A stretch of DNA of 63,698 nt, counting the filler. It is 15 parts of 15 records of this genome, joined end to end, with 100 filler letters (N's around TTAATTAATTAA, not from the genome) between each part and the next. Parts side by side here need not be neighbours in the genome. Positions count along the whole stretch, not along the records: positions 32,847 to 37,412 come from SRR15195285_3135; positions 37,513 to 41,240 come from SRR15195285_3138; positions 41,341 to 46,925 come from SRR15195285_3140; 12 more parts are not named here. One strand, given 5' to 3'. Each line of letters starts with the position of its first letter. Position 1 is the stretch's first letter. Below the pieces are notes generated by a model. It had not been told where the DNA came from. It was given only the letters and a program-made list of their open reading frames with translations, and searched no databases. Below, in pieces: positions 32,747-44,500 of this stretch. The translations under genes were made by a program, and so were the position numbers.

Positions 32747-33401
32747 NNNNNNNNNNNNNNNNNNNNNNNNNNNNNNNNNNNNNNNNNNNNTTAATTAATT
32801 AANNNNNNNNNNNNNNNNNNNNNNNNNNNNNNNNNNNNNNNNNNNNATGAAAAAGTCAAACATACCCAGGAAACAATTACGACTCGCTGCAGTTTTTGAA
32901 AATGCATGGGGACTGATGGTCCGCTCCCCATACCGGAGTACCAGTATAAGAGTATATGTGGCCCGCCATGCATTCTTTCATTTTAAAAAAAACAACCGAC
33001 ACTCATACACCCGCCATGCAGGCACCGCAAGCCGCGGCGCGCGCGCGCGCGTCAGTCGTCGGCTCGTCCCTTACGTAGCTAGGCCGGCTCGGTAGCTAGG
33101 CCGGCTCGGTAGCTAGGCTAGCTACAAGCTATACTACGTATTAGTAGGCTCTAGAGTGTGGTGCCGCTCCTCGACGATCCCGCGGCGGCGCGCGGCGGCG
33201 GCTGCGGGAATTCAATTCGTATTCGATATGCTGCAAACGTGCCAGCAGTAGGACGGCGGCGCTGAGCGGGCAGGGAGCCCCTGCTTCGACGGAACAGTCT
33301 ACTCGGGATCACCGCACTGCTGCTTGGGCGCCGTCCGAGGCAGGGTGCAGCGTGAGTACCCTGTGTACACATCTGAACGCAGTCAGCTGCAGAAGTCGAT
33401 C

Positions 33402-36400
33402 ATGGAGGAGTGGCTGGAGACGCTGGCTTCAGTGGCGCAGCAGCAGCCAGCGTTGTTGAACAAAGCGGCGCGCCTACGAATTGCAGTCGGCACTCGTGGA
33501 AGCACTGCTGCCAAGGCGTGGAGCGTAGTGTGTGATCCCAAGGTTGACCCCCCCGTAGTAGTGCATGCGCTGACGGAAGAGGGGAACGGTGACGCATCGT
33601 ACGATTGCCAGCTCTACTATCAGGACGAAGAGTTGTGGCGTGGTATTCAGAGCGGAGCAGTCAATCCGCGTACAGCGATGAACGAACAGAAAATGACTAT
33701 GAAAGGCTCCTTTCGTACCGTTATGGGTATGAGAAAGCTTTTTGCCGCTGCCACAGCTGTGGCAACCGGTGGAGACTACAAGGTAACGGTGGAACCAGCA
33801 GGAACGGATGCAACACAACCAGCACCTTCAGGACACCGTCGACGTCCCGGTGGCGCCTCGTGCTGTGCGGCACCAGCCAGGGGAGCACATGCTGCGTTTC
33901 TTATCCGGGTAGTGCGCCTTAGCGACAATGCAGTAGGTGAGGGTATCCGTAGCACTGCGGAGTATACGCGCTTCATCGAGTCCCAACCGGAGAGAGCAAG
34001 TGTTGCTGTAGCCGCAAAGGCTCGCGTGATATCCGCCGCTACGCTAGAGCGTGACTTGACAAGATTGCTGGTGCAGGCGTCCCTTCCAGACGCCGACCCT
34101 GCCTACGCAGCACTGTGGAGCTTCGTGCGTCTGCAGGCGCCAGAGACTGTCCCCATAGATGGTGCAGTGGATGAAGATAGGGTTGCCGCGGCGGAAGCAG
34201 AAGCCGCAGAACTCCGTGAGCGCCTTGCCGAGGTAGAGAGCCTCATGCAGCGGCGTGAGAGCCCTTTGTACTCGGCGGCAGCAGCAATTGGGATAGGGTG
34301 GGTGATTCTACCAGCAGCGGTGATGGCGTATCGGGCGGTGGCTGCCCAGGCTCGAGCACTTGTGGATGGTAGTGTTTCCGTGTTTCCAGACCCAGAAGGG
34401 TTTCTTATCTTGCTGTCGATAGTTGCTGTCCTGCGACTGGTCAAGCAGCCAAAGGCTCGCGCTGCGAGCGTACTTTTTCTGTTTCTACTTGTGAAAGTCC
34501 CGAGCTGGCTCGGTCTACTACCGGCACCGGTAGTTGACAGTGCGCAAGGAAGTGCAGCTGAAGGTATTGAGCGAGCCAGTGGAGCGCTCTTGGGTTGGCC
34601 CATGGTTTTCTTGGGTGCGCTTGCAGCGCTGGGGCGCGCCGTATCTTGGCTCGCAGCCTGGATCTACCCAGCAGTACTTTTGTGCGCCTTTGGGTTGAGT
34701 GTTGCATACTGGCGATTGCCGCGCCAGTCGCCTCGCCGCCGGCGCGGGGCGATGTATGCCATGTTCTGGGGCTGTGCCATCCGGTACCTGCTTTGCTGGC
34801 TGCGTGCAAAAGGTTTCGACGACGACAGCGAATACTCGCAGGTAAGCAGTGAGATGTATGTGTGCATCTGGAGCCTGGATGTTGACCTGATGATCTCTTG
34901 CTGTGGTCGCTGTGTTGCTGTCGGCCTAGGCATTGTATGCTAACACGCATGCAGCGATTGCGGAAGACATGTACATGACGATGTCGCAACTTCGTGGATT
35001 CTGGGTCAAGCTCGGCCAGTACGTCTCGACCCGTGCAGATATGGTACGCATGTCCACCTTCATAGTGTTTTCCAGCCGAGGGCTCGCTAAAGTCATCAAT
35101 TTTCTTTAGGCATTACCGATCTACACGAAAAAGTTCAAGGTGTTCCAAGATGAAAATGATACTGCTCCATTTGAGGAAATAAAGGGTCTTGTGGAAGATG
35201 CACTGGGGTGTCCACTAGAGGAAATTTTCGAATCATTTGAGGGTGCGGAATTTCAAACCAGTCGAACGTGTATTGGCCTTTTGACGGCATGGTTGGACGT
35301 CTAATCTGAATGCGTTCTATGGCAGAGACTGCTCTGGCATCCGCATCGATTGCTCAAGTCCACAAGGCAGTGCTGCGGCCAGAGTGGGCTGCTAGCGCAA
35401 GCTGTGGTGGGCGTGCGGGACAAAAATGGACAACAGTTGCTGTGAAAGTACGACATAAGACCATCGCGGATACATTGACAGGGGATTTGACGACGCTGCG
35501 AGCGATACTTGGATGGCAGGTACGCCGGCTGGCAATTAGCCTCTGTGCATAGCGTGATACTCAGTCCCTTCATAGTTTCGGTTTTTGCGGCCGCACTGCA
35601 GGGGACGATGTTGCCTAATACAGACTTCCGCCCAATGATCGATGAGTGGTCTGGAGAGGTGGCCAAAGAACTTGACTTCACTTTAGAGGCTGCTAATCAG
35701 GCTCGAATTGGCCAGCTACTTGAACAGTTCGACGGCACTCAGCTGAGTGTGCCGACCCTCCATCCTGCACTAGGAGGGTCGTCAGGGAAGGTTCCAGACC
35801 CTTCCGGAGTCATACGTCGGAATGGGATGCGTGGTGCTGGTGCAACCAATTTGCTAGTCATGGAGTTTATTGAAGGCGAGCGCGTGACAGATGGCGCAGA
35901 GGCACATCTGAACTACGATGGCAAGGTACAATATTTCTGCTGCGACCCATCGACCCTACAAATGTAGACCTGTCCTGTCGCAGTCCTTCGACTATCAGGC
36001 AGAGCTCCATCTGTACATTGCAAGCACCACACGTAAGAGTTGTTGGTTTCTGTATGCATGCAACGCAGGTGGAGTTGATGGAGGGGCTCATAGCAGCATA
36101 CGCTAGGTTGATGTTCGTCGATGGAGTTTTCCAAGCAGATCCTCACCCAGGCAATCTACTTCTCACGAAGGTTCGCGATCTGACGGGTTGTTGACTCTCA
36201 CTTGATTCGTCCCAGATGTACCCGAAGCATGTTTGACTGGTGTGGCTTGACATGCTGCTGGCAGTCACCGTCAGGCAAGAGGGAGCCTGTCCTACTGGAC
36301 TTCGGCCTAACAAAATACTTGCCTACTCGTGGTACGTCCGCAGATTGCACTATCGATTGCCTGCACTGGAGCAAGTCAATAGATATCATGCACTGCAATT

Positions 36401-37107
36401 GCAATCGGCACACGTCAGTCACTTTGCCCTCACCATAGCTCTGCTTGCAATTTCCTTGACATCATACTTTTGCTATCACTATCCGACTGCAGCACGTCGT
36501 GGGCTGGCTATGTGGGTCCTCGCTATCGAAGCCATGGACGTTGAAATGATTCAGGCTGCGATGAAGGTAAATTTGAGATATGCACATTTCAACCCTACAC
36601 GTTGCTGCCGCGAATTAGCATGGAATCGCCACTATTTCATGTGATGATTGATCTACCAGGAACTTGGGATGGATTTCATCGACGGCCACGAACCGGACGG
36701 CACCAACCTCAAACATATGGCGCCGCTCTTCGGTGATATGCTTCCCGGCGAGCAGCAACGAGAGGCAAACATGAATCGCATGAAAGCGATGCGAGCAGAG
36801 CGGAAATTCAAGGTACACACACGTTCCAGCGCAATGCGTGCTTTGCCGTGCAGCCGAGTGGCTTTCGAATATCATTGCTACGCTTGTACACTAGGTCTAA
36901 TGCTCTACTGCTTACATATCGTGTTGACTACAGAATCAACGTGGGCCCCCTTTCAAGCAGATGTCGGGTCACGTCATGCTGTTCATGCGATCTTATATGC
37001 TGCTTCGTGGCATGGGCAGCTCGTTGAACGTGACCGTACCGGTGATGAAACACCTTGCGAAGTATGCGCGCATTGGCTTGGAAACGGACGCACCCGAAGA
37101 AAAGTAA
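33402..37107 (+). CDS. SCP2 sterol-binding domain + transmembrane region + ABC1/UbiB (ADCK) atypical kinase, multi-exon
   Basis: SCP2-like DCQLYY..LWRGIQSGAVNPRTAMNEQKMTMKGS; several TM helices; LRGFWVKLGQYVSTRAD, ASASIAQVHKA, VAVKV, ELDFTLEA, LVMEFIEG, FQADPHPGNLL, VLLDFGL. Confidence 0.85.
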
Positions 37108-37634
37108 GTTCTGGCAGCAGGTTATGGCCTGCCTTAGGGCCGTTGTCAAACTTCGTCACGCTGTCGGGCTCCTCCGTTCGAACCGATTTGCAATTATAGA
37201 ACTCACCCTAGCTCAACGTGTGGGTTGGGCGCGCTAGTAGGCGTCGTTGAAACTGGTAGAGAGCGCGACGAGTGTCTTAGCGTGGTTCCTATGGAAGGCT
37301 CTCAGAGTCTCCACGAGCAAAGCCCTTTGTTGTAGTCTAGGGTCACAGCAACCTACGGACGGGCAGACGAAGTTGCGACTAACGCTATGTGGCGTTTTTT
37401 ACGTAAAAAACGNNNNNNNNNNNNNNNNNNNNNNNNNNNNNNNNNNNNNNNNNNNNTTAATTAATTAANNNNNNNNNNNNNNNNNNNNNNNNNNNNNNNN
37501 NNNNNNNNNNNNGAGAATGAACTCGAAATTCGAAGTCATATTTTAATCTTACGGAGCAGGTACATAGGGCTTAGGCACTGCGTGCCGCGAATCACTGCCA
37601 CGCCGCATGCAGTGCAGCACCAGCCGCAGGGACG

Positions 37635-37785
37635 GAGGCTGCCTGAGCCCCATACAAACCACTGCCAGCACCAGCAGGGAGGCTGCTTGAGCCCCATACA
37701 AATCAGCGCGGGTGAGGCTGGTTGAGCGCCGTACAAATCTGCATACAAATCACTGCCAGCACCAGTGGGGAGGCGGCTTGAGCCC
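37635..37785 (+). repeat. Degenerate tandem repeats (GAGGCTGCTTGAGCCCCATACAAA.CACTGCCAGCACCAG-like), 3-4 copies
   Basis: Recurring GAGCCCCATACAAA and CACTGCCAGCACCAG blocks upstream of the 37886 ATG. Confidence 0.75.
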
Positions 37786-37885
37786 TCTATTTCGCCAGCA
37801 AGCTTTTGACCCGCGGGCCCAGTGTGCGTCGTCGTACGGTCGCGACGGAGCCACCAAACGGCCCAGACGCATCTCGGCGTGCAAG

Positions 37886-40315
37886 ATGCCTCGTGCGTCC
37901 GCTGTGTTCGGACCGGAGCCGTCGGTGTTGGCCGAGCCAATGTTCGGCAACCATGCAACCGGTTTTGCAGCCAACCAATCCGGACATGGCGGAGCACCGA
38001 TCAGCCGGCTGCGCAGCTATCGCGTGCTGCTGGCGCTGTCACTGGCCGTGGCGCTAGCCTCGCCGGTTGGCCTGCCTCTCGGCATGCACTGGGTATTCAA
38101 GGAAGCTACTGACGGTGAAATCTGCCCTTTCATCCCAACCGACGGGCCAGCCCAGCGAAGGATTGAGGAGTTGTTCAAGATGACACACGCGCAGCGTGAG
38201 GCTGCCTTGGGCCAGCAGTGCTTACGTGCTCGCACGGATGGGGACTGCAGCCCCTCAATCAGCTTGGCTCTGCAGCTTTTGCAAGATGCCGACAGTGGGA
38301 TCTTCTCCGAGACATGGATAGCTTCGGCTCCGAGCGCGCTCCGCAACTCTTTCCTGGTTTGGCTGGCAGTCAAACTCTTTTTCACCGCCACCGACTTGCA
38401 AGACCGTGGTGGTTTAGTGAGCATGACAGTCGTTGGACACGGAGCTCGCGGGAGTGTTGTCGGAGAGCGCACCGCGAGCGCGGCGGGCTGGCTCGCTACT
38501 GTGGGCGAACCGACTGGTGCGGACTTGTCGGTCGCGATCAGGATCTGGGGTTTCGCGCTGTTGGCCGGAACGCTTGGCGCTACTGTTGCTGTCTGCCTTG
38601 TTGTCGGCTTGCTGATCGAAGCTTCGACGACACAATGCCTTGGAGGGTGCGCAATTGGGTTACTGATAACGACGCTGCCGGCGTTCTACTTTCTCTTGCG
38701 AGACCTCCCAACATCAAGCAATCAACATCAACCGACTTGGGAGGACGCGCGCAAGGCTCTCGGCCTCACTCCGCGCCAGGCCAACGGCATCTCTGTGATC
38801 AAATTTTCGCTTTGGCACTGGTCGCAACCGGTGGCGTACATATGGATTTTTAGGCGCTACTACTGCTGCTCCAACTTCATGGACACGTCGCAGCAAGCGA
38901 TCGGATCGATTGTTGCAGCTCGCGAAGTGATGTACATGATTAGCACAGTCGTGGCAATATTCGCGTGCCCGGTATACCTACTACTCGATGTGCAGACCGT
39001 GGTGCAAGAGGCGGAGACCCGCTTCCAAGTATTCTGCCGTCTCTTCACCTACTTGGTCATGCCACACAACTTTGTCTCGCTCTGCCTAGCGAACCGGAGT
39101 GTGGAGCTGCAATTGGTATTCTTGCCACTAACTTTGTGCCAAGTTATCGCAGACTTCGCGAGCTGTTTCGCGCTCGGGCCACTGATGTTCAGCAGCACGG
39201 ACTCGCCACTGGCCCTCAAAATTGGCTACGCCGTCACGTCTGCATCCTTTTTGTTCTTTTTTGGCCCGCTGGTGGTACTGTCGTTGTTGCGGACGGCTCG
39301 CGATAAGGTTGACGATGGTGGAGCGGACACCCAAGGGCGAATCGCCCGAGTTTGTGCGGCGGTTGCGGGGACGACGCTTGGGCTAGGCCTGCTCTACATC
39401 ATAATAAGCTTTACCTTAGCTGCTTTCGATTACGACGTCGTTTGCCACTGGTTGTGGCTCGTGCGTCCAGATTGTGGCGAGCACAGCGTATGTGGTGCTG
39501 TAGTCAGGGGCGAATGCGGGCCATGCACTGGCAATTTCATCACAAGTAGTGATGCGTTGCACCATATAGACAACTCGCAAGGTGACTTGTGCCAGGTCGA
39601 TTGCAGTCTCACTAACTGTGGCCCACACGGAAGATGGGACGGGAGAATCGCCGACGCGAGAGTGGCAGGCTCGTGTGGTTGCACCTGCTTCGACAACCAT
39701 GGTGGCGACCGGTGCGAGTTCAATTGCACTGGTTCTCCATTCGATTGCGGTGAGCACGGGCGCTGGGAAGACCCAGTGGCGGGAATTTGTAGCTGCACAT
39801 GCCTCGACGGCTATGTCACAAGAGACATTTATATACATTCATCGGAAGAAGCCGTGAAGGATCAGTGCCGGCTGGCCCCCGCCTACGTCGTTTCGGGCGC
39901 CCCGGACAGCGCCTACAACGGGCGATACGACCGGCTAGAGGGACACAAGTGTGGGAGCGCGCCCGTGTGGCAGCTTGGTGGTGAGGGAGGAAAAGTGTTG
40001 TACAATCAAGGCGTTGCATTATGGGCCTTCGGTCCTAGCGAGCGCATCAAGGACTGCAATTCTCACCACGACAACTGTGTCGACCACAGTTGTGTTGCGA
40101 TCGGGAATGACATGTGGATTTTGATGTGGACCGGTGACGTATTGCATTGCGCAGATAGCCCGGCTGGCGACAGCTGTGACTTTTCAACTTGGGCCAAAGA
40201 CAACCCGGGTAAAGACCGATCAATTGATCACTGGTCCCGGTCACTAAAAGGGATCCTTAAGGTGACGCCGTCGTCAGCTGCTGCGACGGTTTTGACAAAG
40301 GGCATAAGGCCATAA
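37886..40315 (+). CDS. Multi-pass membrane protein with C-terminal EGF-like repeats
   Basis: About 10 hydrophobic helices; CGEHSVC..C, CGPHG..CGCTCFDNHGGDRC, CGEHG..CSCTCLDGY (EGF-like); intronless. Confidence 0.72.
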   Translation: MPRASAVFGPEPSVLAEPMFGNHATGFAANQSGHGGAPISRLRSYRVLLALSLAVALASPVGLPLGMHWVFKEATDGEICPFIPTDGPAQRRIEELFKMTHAQREAALGQQCLRARTDGDCSPSISLALQLLQDADSGIFSETWIASAPSALRNSFLVWLAVKLFFTATDLQDRGGLVSMTVVGHGARGSVVGERTASAAGWLATVGEPTGADLSVAIRIWGFALLAGTLGATVAVCLVVGLLIEASTTQCLGGCAIGLLITTLPAFYFLLRDLPTSSNQHQPTWEDARKALGLTPRQANGISVIKFSLWHWSQPVAYIWIFRRYYCCSNFMDTSQQAIGSIVAAREVMYMISTVVAIFACPVYLLLDVQTVVQEAETRFQVFCRLFTYLVMPHNFVSLCLANRSVELQLVFLPLTLCQVIADFASCFALGPLMFSSTDSPLALKIGYAVTSASFLFFFGPLVVLSLLRTARDKVDDGGADTQGRIARVCAAVAGTTLGLGLLYIIISFTLAAFDYDVVCHWLWLVRPDCGEHSVCGAVVRGECGPCTGNFITSSDALHHIDNSQGDLCQVDCSLTNCGPHGRWDGRIADARVAGSCGCTCFDNHGGDRCEFNCTGSPFDCGEHGRWEDPVAGICSCTCLDGYVTRDIYIHSSEEAVKDQCRLAPAYVVSGAPDSAYNGRYDRLEGHKCGSAPVWQLGGEGGKVLYNQGVALWAFGPSERIKDCNSHHDNCVDHSCVAIGNDMWILMWTGDVLHCADSPAGDSCDFSTWAKDNPGKDRSIDHWSRSLKGILKVTPSSAAATVLTKGIRP

Positions 40316-40687
40316 GGGGACAAAAGGCAATGTTTTGCTCCAGGGTATGAACGCGCAGACACAGGCAAAGCTCGGGGAGCTGACCGACGAGACGAAAAAA
40401 CTGGTGCTGAACGACCCACGGATGGATGCCGACGAAGTGTCGACCGTGGTCGATAGAATTAAAGAAAACCCCGTTGTGGCGGGGCTGGCACAGGCGGGCC
40501 TTGTGCGACCGGAGCAATTGAAGGACGAGGCGTATACGTGTTCTCATTGAAGAGTGCACTGGCTAATCAGAAGGATGACGGGCGTCCAGCATCGCTACGG
40601 GGCAGAGTGCGCCACTCGGCGGCGCCAGTATTTGAACAATCAGTAAAGAGTAAGCGTACTTTGACCCCGGCCTTATGCCCGGGGTCA
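40293..40687. mobile_element. Candidate non-autonomous TIR element bounded by inverted TGAC-NNN-GGGCATAAGGCC motifs
   Basis: Left TGACAAAGGGCATAAGGCC (40293-40311); right GGCCTTATGCCCGGGGTCA (40669-40687); no target-site duplication visible. Confidence 0.4.
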
Positions 40688-41527
40688 CGCCAAGCTCCGG
40701 GCATACTGCAAGCACTGTGCGATCGAGCACTCGTGCACGTGGCCCGAGTGTTTACACACAGGGCGTGGCCCCCGTAGACTGAAGCTACAATCACACGAAC
40801 AGACGTGGGTCATGGCGTGGGCGTGCAGCAGATACACGTGCCCGGTTGTGCGCCCCCAGCGAGCAACGTGCGCGTGCGGCACCACGCGCACGCTGCTCGC
40901 GCCAGCCTGGGGGGGCGCCGGCGCCGCGCGGGTACGTCGCGGGTCACGTTTCGTCACACGGGCACCGCACGAACCCCGCATCAGCGGGTTCGATGGATCT
41001 AGTGCTATAATTCCATACACAAATGACACTCCTGCTAATGCGGGGGACTGCACGCATGCAGTTCGCGCCGAAATGATATAATACTGAGGGACCCGCTATT
41101 GCGGCGGCTGTGATGTATGGTGACCGCGACCGCCGGTGGCCGGATAGCCACATAAGTGGGGCGGGCGCAGGGATCCTCGGGCGCCTAGCAACAAGCGCCC
41201 ACAATGCCTCTTTCTCATTCATGAATGAATGATTTCTCTGNNNNNNNNNNNNNNNNNNNNNNNNNNNNNNNNNNNNNNNNNNNNTTAATTAATTAANNNN
41301 NNNNNNNNNNNNNNNNNNNNNNNNNNNNNNNNNNNNNNNNGCGGCGGCAGCCTGTTCGGGAGGAGGGCTGGCTTTCGGCCGCACCGCTGGCGCCAGCGCT
41401 GGTCAGACCCTGGACGACCGCCGGTGCGGCGCTGCAGTGAAGCCCCTCTCGCAAGGGTCGACCATCGCTCTGTCGCCACCAAAGAGGCTACACGCCCAGC
41501 GGATTGCGGCCTCAAGAAGTGCTCGCC

Positions 41528-44500
41528 ATGGCCGAGTCCGGTGGAGATCTGACGCCTACGGCCAGCGCAATGGAGTACGAGGTCGGTAGTGCGCCTCTAG
41601 GGAGCAGCAGCAGCAGCAGCAGTGGCGCCGCTGCAAATGAGCTGGCCATGAGCCACGCGCAGCTGCCGGGCTATGTGGGAGATGCGGCTGATCTCAGGCA
41701 CGTGCCTGCAGGCGTAGAACCCTCGCCGGAGCTGGAGCCCGAGTCGCACGACCCTCTATCGTCGGCTGCTGGCGACGACACTGTGTCAGCCGCGGGGTCC
41801 GACCCGGAGTCTGCTGCAGCTGCCAGGGCGGCTGTGACGTCGGTCAACTCGACGGACCTGCGCCGCTGGAGCTCAGCTGACTTCCACAACCAACAGATAC
41901 AAGCGGCGGTCTCGTTTCACGGCACGGACGTCAGCAAGAAGGAAGAGCGCCCCGTCTTCACGGAGCTGCACGGCCACACAGGCCGCACCAAGACGGCGCG
42001 CGCGTTCGTGTACAACGGCCGCGAGATGGCCCTGACCTGCTCCGATGACAGCACCCTGCGGATGTGGGACCTCAGTGCGCCGACACGGGGAACGCGACGA
42101 ACGGAGGACGAGGGGACGGGGAACGAGACGGAGAACAAAACGACGGGGTGCGAGACGGAGGACCGTAAATTCCGCAAATTCGCTCCAGTTTTCGGCTGCG
42201 ACAACACGGAGCTGCTGGAGCACCGCAGATCACCGACGTCATTTCCAGAGGCGCTGGGTCCGTTCGGCATTCAAGAGACGGTGCTCAAGCCCACCATAAA
42301 CTTCCAAAAATTTACGTACACCCTGCACAGGAGCGAGCTGGAGAAGTTCGGCTGCTTAGGTGAGGGAGAGCCACAGTTCCAAAAATCGAAAGAGCTGACC
42401 GATGAAGAGAGAGAACAATCGAAAGAGCTCACCGAGCGGCGCGGTGCTCTATCGAAGAAACTTTGGACGAAGCTCTACGCGGCGGCGGAGGACGACTCTC
42501 TGGAGGGGCGGCTCTCTCAGCCGCATCGCATCACGCTGTTGCCGGACGAGCGCGCACCCTACGGTATCCCTAAGGACGCAACGCACTTCCTGTGGGGTCA
42601 CCAGCTGAATGCGGTGAACGAGGGCGTACTGACCAACGAGCAGATTACACTGCTGGCCGGTATCTCGTCGGAGGCCAGCTTCGTGGTGAATGGAGGATTT
42701 GTGTATGTCAACATGGGACGAGAGCCCTCAAAAAAGTACGTCAAAGAGGCGGAGGACAGCGACTGGTGGACGAAACCAGAGTGGAGCGGAAAGTGGGGCC
42801 CCGGCAACAAGTGGGATCCTGACGAGAAACGTTGCACGATGCACTTGAACGCTGTCTGCGCGACTGGCCTCATGACGCTGCACTTCGGCGAAAAGGTCCC
42901 AGTCGAGAAGAAGGCAGACATCGACGAGGCATTGAAGTCAATGATTCACGAAGAAAGATTCCAGCCGGTTGGGATTGTACCGATGCGAGAACAAGGCGCG
43001 CGCTTCTACTGCTGGCTGTTCCCAGGTGAAACAGTTGGTGACAGTGGGTGGATCCCAGCGCCTGGCGGCGGATTCATGTATCTCAGCAATAATAAGGAGG
43101 ACTGGGATAAGCGAGATCTCGGCGATGATAAGGAGGACTGGGATAAGCGAGCAGCTATATTGGACGACGTCGGAACAAGTTGCTTCTTTTTTGAGCATAC
43201 GGTGGGGCACATTCAGCCAGTACTTTCATGCTGTGTGCTGACGACCAAGCGCGAAGACTGGAAGGCCGGAGTGGCAATAGAACCAGATTATGTCCTCTCG
43301 TGCTCAGAGGATGGGACCATGAGGATATGGGACATCGAGACAGGGGTTGTGAAGGAAACGATAGTAGTTGACGACTCGCAACATGCAGCGGTCACGGACT
43401 GCTGTGAGTTCTGGGATGGTGATAACTCTCAACGCGTGCTGTCCTGCTCAGAGGATAAAATACTGCGGGTGTGGAATCTAGAGCAATCAAAAAACAAAAA
43501 GAATTGCCAGGTCACACTCAAAAAACAAAAAGAATTACCAGGTCACACTGCCAAGGTGCTGTCCTGCTGCACTTTTGAATGCGATGGCCCGAAGGCTGTC
43601 TCGACGTCAGCAAATGGGGAGGTCTCTCTGTGGGACCTTTCTGATGGTAAAATTATTGGTCTCCGGAATATGAAAGCAGGTCAGCACGGCCCAATTCGCA
43701 GCTGCACTGTGTATCGAGTGTACGGGCAGGGTGACAGCCTTGTGGGCTGGAGAGCGCTTACATGTGGTGATGACAGCAACCTCACGGAGTGGGATCTACA
43801 AAATAGCGAACTCACGTGTCGCAGCAAACTTAAAGGTCACACTGACACGGTACTGGAGGTCTGCACATTTGGCGATCCTGGCAAGAAATGGGGTGTATCG
43901 TGTTCAGAAGATGGGTCCACGCGTGTCTGGCAGCTGGCGGATGCGCCACAGGAGTGGAAAATCGACCCACCTCTCAGACTTGATCAAGTCGGCTCGAGGG
44001 GCTGCACCGTTTCAGTCTCGCCCAAAGGTTCGCCTAAGGTTCTCTCTTGTACTGGGGATATTGTGCGTGTGTGGAACCTGGACCTGCTCGGTGGTGTTCA
44101 TTCTGGGGCGCATCTACATGACCAAGCTGCAAGCATAGACACACTCGCAGATGCGGTTGAGGACCCTGGAGAACGGCTGTGGAAATGGTGGCCCCATATG
44201 AAAGAGTACAATCATAGAGCATGGGCGCGCAGACTGGCCCAGGACACTCCAGGGCTGAAAAACAGTCCTGAGCAAACAATGAAACTGCTCTACGGTAGAC
44301 ACCATGATGGAATGACGCTGCTTCACAAGCTCGCAGAAGAACCAGACGGTGGATATGTGCTACAGTACGTTCTCAACTACTTGGCAGAGGATCGACGCAA
44401 GGTGCACGATGTCGGCAAGATGGCGGCGTCTGCTACTGGCGAGAAGTATGCCAAGTTCAGGATTGCCGAGATGTCGATTGGTATGGTCTGTCGTGCAGGG

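Noticed and set aside
37635-37785. CRISPR-like array
   Set aside because: Degenerate eukaryotic minisatellite with no constant repeat/unique spacer pattern and no cas genes.
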